The notes under the pieces: model-generated | What the model was told of the DNA's origin: nothing | Database searches by the model: none | The model's input: the letters and a program-made list of their open reading frames with translations, nothing else | In this document: piece by piece, positions 24,210-36,400 of the stretch | Numbering within the stretch: position 1 is the first letter of the stretch | How the letters are laid out: each line of letters opens with the position of its first letter | Made by a program: the position numbers and the translations under genes | Assembly (NCBI GenBank): GCA_003427395.1 | Contig: BFEA01000009.1 | Coordinates: forward strand, 4,529,726-4,593,725 | Direction: 5' to 3' | Length of the DNA stretch: 64,000 bases | Source of the DNA: Chara braunii | Taxonomy: Eukaryota; Plantae; Charophyceae

Positions 24210-25675
24210 ACGGGGATTAGTACTAACTGTAATTAATGCCTCAGGTGTTGGCTGGGAACATACGAAATTAACCGAAATAAGAGACAATACTTCCTTGGCA
24301 TACGACTGTAGACGAAGTCTATAGTTGAAAGGTGATTTCTCGCATACTTTAGTGGACTATTGCCCAGGGACAAGATTATATAATTAACCTTTATACAATC
24401 AAAACTGAGGTGGAATCTACCGCTGCGTGCACTAACATCAGACCTAATCTAAGCAGATTGCACAAGTTTTGAGAAGATGTAGCAGCAGTCAGTGTACTAA
24501 TTAATTGTTGTGCACTCTCCTAAGTTATGGGTTATTGCTGCATGCATTGATAAATGGTTTCCTCTACATGCTGCATCCTCATTCCTTCAGTTCAAACTGA
24601 CTCTTGAAGCGGATTTGTGCAGTAGCCACAATGTGAACGGTCCAATGAGGCTTGGTAAATAAGTTGTAATTGCCCCTTAAAAAGAAAATGGTATGGTAAT
24701 GACTGGACCTCATAATTTAGAGGAAAGACAGAGCCAAGATCAACGGAGTCGGCTCCAAACACATCACATGCTCGGTATGGGCCATAACCATGCCAAGTGG
24801 TGTAGACACACAAGTACAACTTTGCCACCTTCTATCGGATAGTCGGCATGAACCGTGCCTAACCAGACTTCTCCAAGTTAGTGGGGTTTTCCTTTTGCCG
24901 AACATGCCTCAATGTCGAGTCAACTACAGATAGCCTGAGTCTTGGGTGTGGCCCTTCAGTCTTGAGCGTAGATCTCGCGAAAGTTGTAAGTGGTCTTTTC
25001 TACCTATTACTTGGGTTCCGGAGTGTAAACGAAACCATGAAGGAGAATGGGGTCCTAGCGATAAAATGCGAGATCATTTTGGAAAAGCACAAAAATTGGG
25101 AAGATGAGGCTATTCTGTGTATGGAGCGTCAAAAGATGATGATGAGGGAGAATGCAACCCAACGGATTAAGAAAGAAAAATTAATTGAGTACGCATTCTA
25201 CTTTCGTGATCAGAACGGCAAGTTGCACATCACCGACTCATGGTTAGAGTCGGTAGAGCAAGCTAGGGCAAGGCTCAAGTGAGCATAAAGATGCCTAGGC
25301 TTCTTCCTTGGCTTTTTACCATTATGCAATTAGCAGCCCTCTCAACATTTCGACATTCAGTCGTTCGAGTTATCAGAAGGCTCCAGTCAAAATTTTAGCC
25401 AGTATCCAGTCAACCTTCTATCAAATGTGCCATTTGTATTACTCAAGAGTTTCTGTTAGAAGAAATCTACATTTAATCATCTCCAATTGACACAGAGATC
25501 AGACATAAGTTGGATTGTATTTTTATCATAAAACACGGAGAACAATAACAACCAAGACTGTCTCTGTCAGAAGACACAAGATCGGTTTCAACATCCACTT
25601 CAGTACATAAATGCAGTTCAGTCGTTTCCCGTCGATGGATCGGTTTTGACCAGACTCAACACGATCTCTTTCAAG

Positions 25676-25995
25676 GACGCCTTCTGATACCAATATGTCA
25701 GTGGTTTTGGTTTCAAACGAGAGGATTTGTAAGTTTTTGTAGTTCTCACCAGTTTTGGAAGTGGCATTGTCCATGATCTGAGACTCCACGTGAAGAAGGG
25801 TATGGAGACTCGTGAACACTTTGATTTAGTTTGGATCTCAGCAGCTAGATACCTGAAGAGAGAGAGGAGCTCGATGGGAACAGTATCAAGCGGATCCCCA
25901 ACTTTGGCCCGAAACTCTACTCTGACCATCCGAGACCTCCAATACTCTCACAGACGGCTCTTGCTGGGGCGACTTGGTAGATCTGGACAAGAGGT
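25676..25995 (+). pseudogene. LTR-borne decayed copy of an unknown ~110-aa repeated domain (5' LTR)
   Basis: Translates DAF*YQY...VFVVLTSFGSGIVHDLRLHVKKGMETREHFDLVWISAARYL..., aligning by eye with the 27080 domain. Confidence 0.55.
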
Positions 25996-26737
25996 ACATT
26001 TCCCCTGCAGAGATTGACTACGAGACAGTCACTGAGCCATCCGAGTTTCGACATCTCAAACGGGGGATCTTCTCTCAACCTGATCTTCTTACACCACGAG
26101 AGGAATTTTGTACTATGGTTGATTTTCGAATCAGGTGCCTTGGATGGAAGAGTTCAGAACTTGCAGGCTTTAGGAGGTTCTACATCGAGAGAACACAACC
26201 TCAGAGAATACAGAGACATGACCAAAAGCTCAAGCGACAGACGGCAAGATGAAAGATTGAGTGTGAGGATTCAGAGGGATGAGTGAGGACTCTTGCCTGT
26301 GGCTAGTCATGCTCTCTACATGTGTACTTTCTGATAATATTATGAATTTTCATTCTTTCATTATTTAACCTTGTCTTTGCTCGAGTCAGTAAGTCTTGCA
26401 TCATCTACATTGCCTTGCTTGATGATCATGCTCTCTGATGATTCTGTCACAGTTCTAAAAATTAGAAAATTGGCAAAATTGATACATGCATGACATATTA
26501 GACTTTTATGATCATTACTTGCATAACTTCTTGCTGTTCCGAATCAAAATAAAAGATTCCTAAGATCGGGGACTGGCGAAGACCGCAATTGAAGGGTCTC
26601 GCTCGAAGCCGGGCGCACACAACAGGAAGGGATTTTTTGTATTTAATTTATTGCAAACATTATTCAAAATCCTACATGACAGTCTATTGGTTTTTCGGTC
26701 GCCCAATGAGGCCCGATTGGAAAAAGCGCGACAAAAA

Positions 26738-26755
26738 TGGCACCGTTGTTGGGGA
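26738..26755 (+). promoter_or_regulatory. Primer-binding site, tRNA-Asp type
   Basis: TGGCACCGTTGTTGGGGA, three transitions from the tRNA-Asp PBS TGGCGCCGTTGCCGGGGA, 4 nt after the LTR end. Confidence 0.85.
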
Positions 26756-27079
26756 TATGAAAATTTTTCGTGTTCGGAATGAGCCTGGGTCAGCAAACAC
26801 TTTGAGCCTTTGATTAGGTCATGAGAACTGTTGATAATGTCTAAATTTTCAGATCGACTCTGACATCTTGAGTGACTCTTTATTTTATTGAAAATTTTCG
26901 GTCGCTAACTGAGCCTTATCTCTTCATGTGTGAGATACCACACTGGATCGGAGGAGGAGACTGACATTACTTATTGGAGAGGATCAGGTTTGATCACATG
27001 TATGCCTTATGAGCCCTAAATGTTCATGAAGAATTGAGAAAAAAGAAAACGAGTAAGAGGTTAAGGGATTCCATCAAGA

Positions 27080-27455
27080 ATGCTAACTGCTGATTCACTG
27101 AAAGAATTCTTAAAATTTACTGTTAAAGGAGTATTCCCCCATCAGTACGAGCACTGTTGGGTTTACCACTTTGGCAGTTCGACAATTTGCGTAGTGTTGA
27201 CTCACTTCTTGGAGGGAGATGTTTATGATATTCGTCCCTACGTCAGGGAGGGAGGCAGCAACGATGGTGAGGCATTTAACTCGTTATGAGAAATTGTTGT
27301 TCAGTCTATCTACGACGAAAAGGCAGATCTAATCAAACGAAAGAAGAAAGTGGAATGGGGGTTAATATCTGTAGCCTATGAGACAATTCCAACTCCTCTT
27401 ATTCCTGAGAGGTATTGTAACGGAAGTAATTGGTTACCAATAATTAACATGATAC
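27080..27455 (+). pseudogene. Accessory ORF remnant upstream of gag: unknown ~110-aa domain, first internal copy
   Basis: GVFPHQY...CVVLTHFLEGDVYDIRPYV...SL*EIVV...EKADL...IPTPLIPE...SNWLPII; the TGA falls at a Trp conserved in other copies. Confidence 0.6.
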
Positions 27456-28941
27456 TTTTTTTTTTTTTTTTTTTTTTTTCCCAAAAAGGGTCCGGTGCCC
27501 AAGGCTGATATTACCAATGAAAATATTGAGGCCGGGATCCTCACAGTCTGTCCGGAGTGACCGAACCAAACTTGCTGAGAACCGGGCTCAGCGTCCCTCA
27601 TATGGTGATGATGATGATTCTGATGATGATATTAATGATGTTGCTACTAATGATGATGATGATTAAAATTTATAAAAATTGATTAGTAGACTATGCTATA
27701 TCACATATTCTGGTCTCCCAAACCAAGAGTAACTCCTATCCTTCCCTATACCAGGACACAGTAACTCAGAGACAATACCCCTCTCACCAACGTCACCCAT
27801 TGATGATCTCTTCTCGCCACCTAGCAGCCCCCCCCGGTTCGCCGCAACACCCCAGCTCCGGCCAGCGTCGTTCTGGCATCGACAAACCAGAGGCACATAA
27901 CAGAACAACTTTACAGATATCAGTCCGGGTTCGACCATCTCTGAACTCCTGTACCCCAGATGTGTACGAAGGCTAGATGCTGCCAAAAATCCAGAACCCC
28001 AGAAAAAAGGTGATACTAATGGAGATGGTGAAAACTCAGAAACATTCAGAAATTGTGCATCAACAAGCCTCCCAACCACGAATCAGATAGGTGAAACCTA
28101 TTCAATCCACCTTTGACCACCACCAGCATGGTCGTTTTCAGCACGGACCGAAGCTCTTCCAGGCCTCATGCTCCCATCAGGCTGGGTTACAGAGTTGCAC
28201 CACCTTGCTCTAGCACCGGCCAACATTGCTTAAGTTACGACCCCCGATGACCACTGAGACTGCCCCCGCAAACAGCCCCCCAGATCTCTCTACCAGGCCT
28301 CACGCCCCCACTAAGCTAGGTCACAGAGTTGCGCCACCTGGCTCCGGCTCCGGCCATCGTTGCTCCAGCATCGGTCTTCAAGGGCCACCGAATTTTCGAC
28401 CACCCTACGCAGGATTAAAAATAACCTGCCAGATCTCACCTATTCCACAACCTCCTCGAGAGGCGAACAAAAAAATACTGGGCTGGAAGATTATAAATCT
28501 TCAAAAGAACATCACCCCTCCCTCCCCCTACCCCCTCATCCCTACACTACCCCCGCCGAGGCGAGCGTCCCGCTCTCCCTCGGCCCCAATATAGGACCTA
28601 CCCCCTCCACCCCTGTCCCCGAGGACACGCAGTTCCCTCCTAAAACATGCCCTCGCCACCCCTTGCCCATTTCTGCCTCCACTGAGGTGGAACAGAAAAA
28701 CTATCAGGATTTATTAAAGAGTATAGTCAAGGAACAAAATTACGTAATTATCGTGATGATTTATGCAAATATGTTAACGATTCAGAACCGATGATGTTAG
28801 AGTGAGATTTCTAAATGATGTCAATGATGATGAATCTAATAGTGATATTGATGATGATGATAATGATGATATTGGTAATGATGATGATGTTGATAATGGT
28901 AGTGATGATTAAGATGATAATGGCTATGATGATGATCGCGC

Positions 28942-28979
28942 CTGTCTCTTATACACATCTAGATGTGTATAAGAGACAG
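28942..28979. other. Nextera mate-pair junction adapter, artefact
   Basis: Exact 38-bp junction; ~50 bp of flanking GAT-rich sequence duplicated on both sides. Confidence 0.99.
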
Positions 28980-29924
28980 AGATTATGCTGATAATGGTAG
29001 TGATGATTAAGATGATAATGGCTATGATGATGATCGCGCCCATCACCCTGCACTAACTCAAGATGCTGCTAGTGCTGGTGACCAGATGATGATGATGGTG
29101 ATAATACTAAAAGGGGCGAGCAGCGCCGATGATGAAGGTGATGATTAAGATGATAATGGCTATGATGATGATCGCGCCCATCACCCTGCGCTAACTCAAG
29201 ATGCTGCTAGTGCTGATGACCGGATGATGATGATGGTGATGATACTAAAAGGGGCGAGCAGCTCCAATGATGAAATTTTAACAATGAGTGTCGCACAACC
29301 CCCCTAAACATGGTGTTAAAGTTGAAACCTACCCTGATAAAGACGATGAAGATGACGAATAACTCCTTGATGATGATACCTGTCGTTGTAGCCCATTGCT
29401 GCAGATAAACGATCTCTCCCCGTTGCTTGATACTGCTGTTTGTATGTCGCGAAGATAAAGACAGTCTCAAACACTCCATTCCTTATCCCCTTGCACTCCT
29501 CCTCCCATCTCGTGGGACACACAACGCTCCTCTCCCTCTTGCTCTTGACCGACCTCCTCCACCAAATTGTGCAAGACAAAGAGCACAAATAATTCCTCCC
29601 GATGCAAGACCCAGTAGAGAGCCTTATCCCGCCTCACACGGCATGCTAACCCGCAGCATCCGCGTGAGAGACACCAAATAGTGAGATGGCACTACAAGTG
29701 CTTTCAAGTGTTAGGAGATAGAGAGTAGGTCCTACAGCAACAGTAACATCGCTGACTCTCTGCATCATTGGGCACCTATCATAGCCACCCTCTATGCCCA
29801 GCGGCGCCCAACATCGCCTCGCGTTACCGCTCAACCACACCTGGCATAGTCGCGCCACGTCTGCCTGCTACTCCATCTCTCGTCCGTGAGGTGGTACTGA
29901 GATGGAAGAAATGAGAATGTTGTC

Positions 29925-31630
29925 ATGAGAACAAGAAAAACTTCAGCCGAGGAAATCAGACAGAGAAGACTGGAATTTGGCAAAGGCTCAGGTCCAAGCA
30001 AGAAAAAGGTTGAGTGCCTCTTGGGATCACTGAACGCTTTAAGTGAGAAAGAGGTGTTCCCATACAAGATTGTCAAGTATGAGATGGTCGAGAGTGGATG
30101 GGAGCAGGAACGTTTTTATGTCCTGACATTCAACTTTACAGACTTTGACAGGAATGATGTAAGGGTTTATGTTCCTAAAGAAAGAAGTGTTGACGCTGTC
30201 TATGAGAGATGCTGGGATTTGTCGCGGAAGTTGTACTGAAAGAAAAACAAAGACTTGAGAGAGAAAATAAATGTTTCATTGGATCTACTCGGTTTGCTGT
30301 CTTTGAGGGATTCATAGCTCCTCCTTTACCTGATATTTTGTTAACAAACAACTGGTCTACTGTGATTGAGTTTGCATTTAAAGTGAGAAGAGACCAAATA
30401 CATAAATGAGTCGATCATACGTACCTTTAAAAGTGAAACCCTGGATTAGGTTGGGAAGTGGATATAGGAAGCTTCGTAAGGAGGATTATGATAAACTGCT
30501 TAATTATCTTAATTCTGTAACAAGGAGAGTGGTGATTCCCTACGAAATCGTGAGGTATGAGGCACTAAAGAATCTGGGATGAGAACTTGATGGTATGTAT
30601 GTTCTTACCTGTTATTTTATTGACCTTGACGAGTTTGATATTGGGATCTACGTGCCACGACATAGGTTTGAAGAGCGTAGAAGTGGTCGATGTTGGCAAC
30701 GAGCATCAGATGTTGTGCATGAAGAAAAGAGAAGGCTTGAATAAGGAGGGGAGAGTTTCTCTTGGAGTACTTACGTCAGGTCTTTTATTGGGATACCGTC
30801 TCCACCTGTTGAAGGACGTATGTTCTCAAGGAATAATTGGTCGGTCATGATAGATTTTGTATGGAAGGTGAGGAGGACTCAAGAAGAATACTCTCAGCAG
30901 CAAGAATAACTGTTGTGAGAGGTAGACTTTATGAAGTAATTGAATCTAATAATCCTTTTGTAATCCTGAGATACGGGACTTGCGTAAGAGGATAAATAAT
31001 ATTTCACATTCCAGTAGTCAAGTTCCTGAACACAGGCAGTTTGAACGTAAGGATTTACGCTCCGGTATGCCTAGAGAAGGAAGCTGATTATTTGGAATAT
31101 CGGTTAGTAGCTTATATCAGTCTTATAAGGACAAAAGAATGACTAGAAAAATTACAGAGGAAGGTAACTTGGGGAGAAGGAATAAGGCAATTTGAGAGAC
31201 TCCCTAGTTTTTTAACTATTGATGACTTTGACGACAGGAGAGACTGGTCGCCTCTACTGGAAGCCATTGTCATAGTAAGTAACGCAAGGGAGAGTAACTT
31301 CATAGTGATGATAAAGTCCCTACTCTTAAATATTTTTGAATATCAGTTCGAGGTCCCTGACTATATTCATCCTGAAATTTACCTCTTCTGACACTGTTCA
31401 TGATGGTCGATAATGCCTGGTACGGTTGAACAGCTAATATTCAGGGTTGTATTGGAAGATAGAGTTGTTAAGACAGAAGAGACTCTTTGGATCTCAGACG
31501 GAAAACTCTCTACTTTAGAAGAACTTGAATGTCTACAACCTTTCTTTGATCGGATGAGAGATTCTGCTTTGAGAGCCGTCACTGACTAGACTGAGATCAA
31601 CTACTTACTGAAGGTAGTGAAAGTGAGAAT
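29925..31630 (+). pseudogene. Accessory ORF remnant upstream of gag with 3-4 tandem copies of the same unknown domain
   Basis: VFPYKIVKYE...FYVLTFNFTDFDRNDVRVYVP...RCW...EKQRLE...NNWSTVIEFAFKVR (~30050-30395); VIPYEIVRYE...MYVLTCYFIDLDEFDIGIYVP...RCW...EKRRLE...NNWSVMIDFVWKVR (30532-30875); ...NVRIYAP...KVTWG...DWSPLL (~31000-31280). Confidence 0.65.
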
Positions 31631-32028
31631 TACTGAGATAATATCATATCACTCTTCTAGAGAACGAGTCTCTCTTGCCAGAAGAAGCAACAACGGTCCG
31701 TAAGCCATACAATTTGACTATGAGATTATAGACCTGACACGATACTTTATGATCAGGGTTATTGTAAAATGGTATAGCAGAAGATTGAGTAGGGATGATG
31801 AAAAAGAACTGATTGAAGATTATATTGGAAGACTGAGAATAATTGCATTGCCTTTGATCACCACCCAGTCTAGTATTGCCTACACTCTCTATGTACAAAA
31901 CTCTTAAGGGGTAGAGCAAACACGGGAAGAGAGAAATAAACTTGTATCTCTTACAAGAAGAGTAAGAGATTGCAAAATAAAAAAGAGGAGGACAAAAGTG
32001 ACAGGAAGAGAGATATCAGGGAAATTTT

Positions 32029-33000
32029 ATGGTCAAAATGGCAGAACGAGGGATACCTAATTCTTCTGCAGGAACTAATGAAGAGACTCTGATAGGTGTT
32101 ATAAGAGATTTGGTCGAGGGAGTTGACACAATAAAAGGAGGGTCAGATATTGCACGAGCAAAGAGGCCAGATGAGAGGATTCCTTGCTTCAAAGGACCTC
32201 AAGTAAATGATTTATTGGATGAGTATGAATTATTCGGGCTCAGTTATGGTTGAATAGACAAACAGCGACTCAAACACCTTTTTTCTTATTGTGACACTGA
32301 TTTGAGGTTGGTTGTTCAAGAGTTGATGGAAGGGGCTATAACGTGGGAAGAAGTCAAAAAGAGAATGAAGAGGGAATTTGAGAAAGACTTTGTTTCAACC
32401 ACTACCAAAGACCTACTCAATATCAGAAGAGCTAAGTATGACACCTTCAATGTGTTCCTTCAAACTTTCATCAGAACAGCCAGGAGAATCCTATATTTGG
32501 ATGAGGCTCAAAGATGCCATATTTTTCTGGCTAATTTTACAGATAATGAGAAACAGACTGTTCTCAATCAAGCTCAACAGTACCCTCTCAGATGGGACGA
32601 AATAATGACAATAGTAGGAACTCTGCCTATGGTCTCACATAAAAAGTGGTCACTGGATTAAATCAGTACACTGGTTAAAGACTGAGAGACTGAGAATGGT
32701 ATGAGCAGAGGGAACAATTTGAGTGCAGAAAATCTTATTCAACGAGTTATGACCAATTACATGCCCGCTAACCATGCCGCTGATGAAAAAGGAAAGAAGA
32801 ATGCTGAAAGCGAAGATGAAGATGATGATTCTGATGATGCTGGTTATGGTAAGAGATGAGATTCCTCCAGGTCAAGAAAAAACATAGGGAATGGTGGAAA
32901 AAAAAACAGAGAGAGAAGAAATTATGATGAACGTCCAAGGAAGAGTTTTGTCTGTTATTATTGTGGCGCAGAAGGTCATACTACCACCTATAGTAAACCT
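32029..33000 (+). pseudogene. gag: Ty3/Gypsy gag (decayed) with zinc knuckle
   Basis: Capsid-like RIPCFKGPQVNDLLDEYE...TWEEVKKRMKREF; knuckle CYYCGAEGHTTTYS at 32953-32994 (last Cys lost); in-frame stops. Confidence 0.8.
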
Positions 33001-33480
33001 CTGGAGGAGGATGTGAAGAGTAGGGTGACTAAGAAAGACGCAACGAGACATGTCTGTCACAGTTCATGGAACAAACTGGATCCCAAACATCCAAGAGGTA
33101 TGAGACTTCTTGCCCTTAAACATGAAGAGAAGATGAAGAAAAAGAAGAAGAGAAATGTCAATGTGAATGTTCACTTCTTCCTTGGTGAGTTGCCTGAAGA
33201 GCTTGTACAAAAGACTAATGACTCACTTTTATTGACGAAATTGTCTCTACAGTCTCTAAAACTAGTAAAAGACATATCTGATGAGACTTCACTAAGTGAG
33301 CTCTCATTGGGGGAGAGATCTGCTTCTCAAGTTTTTTCTGAGTTAGTAGCATTTTCACCTAACAAACTCTCTTGCTCAACCAACATGATGTCTTTCGAGG
33401 GTGATCTATTGTCGGAACTCATCATGGAACCCAATGAGGTAATTGGAGAAGTGAGGAATCTTCAATAGTTTACGCCACAA

Positions 33481-36400
33481 ATGATAGAGGAGAAGAAGAG
33501 AAAAAAAGTTGAGGAGACTCTAATTAACATTCTTGATGATCAAGAACCAGACCCTCAATTTAAGAAGAGAGAGCAAGGGAAGAAGAAAAAATTTACCCTT
33601 AACAGTGAGTTGGAACATGAAACTGTAATTACAAATATAATTACAAAAATGTTGGAAGAAACAGAAGTGACTTTGTCTTTCAAAGAGACAATGACGTTAG
33701 TGCCAAAGTTGAGAGAGGAACTCAAAAAATTAACTGATAAGAAGAGGATAAAAGTTAACTATTTGGGATCAGTCTTTCCCAGTCAAGTTAACAGGATCTT
33801 ACCAGGATGTAAAATGAGATTCGCAACCATGGGTTGTGGATATTTAACTATCTACATTAATCAGGTGAAAATCCGAGCCCTAGTGGATTCTGGAGCAGAA
33901 ATGATACCTATCTCTCAGTGAGCTATCGAAGCCTGTGACCTGACCATTGATAGGCCTTCAAAGCAAATATTAAGTAATATTGCAGGGCAACTCTTCGTAG
34001 CAGGGTTTATTGACAACCTACCCATCAAGGTTGGGATGATGGCAGTCGAATTGTTGAGATTCGTGATGTCAGATCTGGACCATAATTGTATTCTGGGCAC
34101 TTCATTCTTACACCGGATGGAAGCTGTCCAGTTCTTCTGTCATGAGGGGTCATCTTGGATTGGCTTGCAAGATCCGGAGACTGCACATGAACACACTTTT
34201 ATGGTCTATACTTCCCATCATCATAAGCATAAGGTATCAGCTAACTCAATTAGAAGAGAAGAATCTGTTGAGAAGATAAGGAAGGTAAAAGGAAAAAACA
34301 AACAGGAAGTCAAGGAGGAAGTTTCAGTTGATATTAAACAGATCTTAAAGATGATGAAAGCCCTTGGCAAACTCAACGATGAAGATGGGCAGATTAAAGC
34401 ATTTAAGAAGGCTGTTGAAAATGCTAAGGGTGAAAAAATAGAATTAAAGTTTGCATCAACACATCCTTTTTTAGGAAAATAGTCACTGGGTCAAAAGAAA
34501 ATACAAGCCCAAGGGGGTAAAGAGGAACCCAGTGAGAGTCTTAATTGAAAAATATTATGATGAGGCATTGAAAAAAGAAAGGAGAATCATTAAAGCATTA
34601 AGAGAGTCTGCGAAATTGGGGAATAGAGTCACCAAGGAAAGGTTTGACACAATGAAGATAGGTTCAAACCAGTTCATCTTGCATAAAGAGAAAGAATATA
34701 TCTTGAAACTGTGTCAAAAGTTTTCTGGTGCATTTTTTTTTAATGATGAAGAAAGAGAGCGGTAGGATGTGGATATGATTAAAATGCCAAAGATCTGGAC
34801 AGTTGATCATATCTCATTGAATGACAGACCAACCAAGTATGCCTTGAAAAAAAAGGCAGAAGTGGTGAAGTACCTTGATAAGAAGATTGTCTCCAATGTT
34901 GCTGAACCTGCTGACGGTCCGTATGCTAACCACTGGTTTTGTTTCTGGAAACCAGAGGGTGGACTGAGATGGATACAAAATCTTCAAAAGTTCAATTCAG
35001 TAACGGTACGTGACGCAGGTAGCCTCCCTAATGCTGATCTCCTTTCTCAATCTTTTGTTGGTCGAATCATTTATTCTTTAATTGATTTATATTCTGGCTA
35101 TGATCAGTTGTTCAGTGATCCCACTAACCGACCAATGACTGTCATGCACACGCCGAGGGGCCTCATTCAAATGTACGTAGTACCCAGGGTTGGACCAATG
35201 GTGTGGCAGTGGTTCAGAGGGACATGATCCAAGTCATGCAGGACATCTCACCTGAGATAACCAGTCCTTACATTGATGATAACCCTGTGAAAGGACCCCT
35301 AGTAAGAGACGAGACTTTGATTGCTGATGGAGTCAGAAAGTTTGTCTGGAAACATGCTGAGGGAGTGAAGATGGTCTTAGAGAGACTTCAGAAATATAAC
35401 ATGACTGTCAGTGGACTAAAGTCCCTTCTCTTTCAAGCAGAGGTAACCATCTTGGGCTTTAGATGTTTCTCCAAGGGTAGGAGCCCTGACCCCAAGAAGA
35501 TAAATAAAATTTTGAACTAACCTCTGCTGCTCAAACGAGTGACATACGTTAGAAGCTTCTTGGATGTCTGTGGGTTATGGAGGATTTTCATTCCTCATTT
35601 TGCTACCCTTGCAGAGTCTCTAAGAGAAATTGTGAGATAAGGGGCTGACTTATCTTGGACTGAGAAAAGACAGATTGTTGCAGGAACTTTACAAGAAAAC
35701 TTAAAAGATGGGAGAGTAGTGTTGGGGTTGTCTTTTTATGATGATAAGGAGGGACGACCCTTCATCATCGAGGCAGATGGGGGACCGGTAGCTCTTGGTA
35801 GTGTACTTATCCAAAAAGTCGAGAATGAAAATGAGAGACCTCTGAGATTTGAGAGTAAAACTCTTGACTGTATAGAAAGAGGCTACACTCTGTTTGTAAA
35901 AGAGCTATTGACAATCATCCATTGCCTCAAGTGTTTCAGGCACTATGTACTTGGAAGGAGATTCATCTTGAGGATTGATGCATTTACTGTGATTGGTGCT
36001 ATTAAAAAGCATCAACTAGTGGATCCAACAGTAAGCAGGTGAATTGCTTTCATTTGGACTTTTGATTTTAAATTGGAAAAGATTTCCACTGAAAAGAATC
36101 GGGCAGATGACCTAAGTCGGATTGAATGGAGAAAAAATGAAGATGAAGACATTAATGAAACAATCGAAGAGTCTGCCTATGTCGATAACTTCCTGAATGA
36201 GGAAGACGACGAAGACTATAAGGCTCCAAGCTCTTACAAGTGGAGCTTATGGCTTGAAGAGAGAGACAGCTGGGGAGAAACCCCTGATGTTTATGTGTAT
36301 GAATTAATTCTTGAAAAAGAAGAAGAAAAAGAGTAAAATGATTGGTATGCTAGGGTCAACGCAGTGGTTGTGGTTGCTCATGAACTGAGAGAGAGTTCTG

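Larger units (their letters stand above)
4738..26733 (+). repeat. 5' LTR of the giant Ty3 element, in four pieces: 4738-8128, 15839-16378, 17796-18874, 24214-26733
   Basis: Pieces are colinear with 40658-48118 (roughly 90% identical by eye, mostly transitions); ends GGAAAAAGCGCGACA followed by the PBS. Confidence 0.9.

Noticed and set aside
27456-27479. Poly-T as the tail of an antisense LINE/SINE insertion
   Set aside because: No TSD or LINE coding remnants found; neighbouring region has assembly scars
28890-29260. GAT-rich tandem duplications or acidic protein
   Set aside because: Low complexity and partly created by the adapter-containing read; not interpretable
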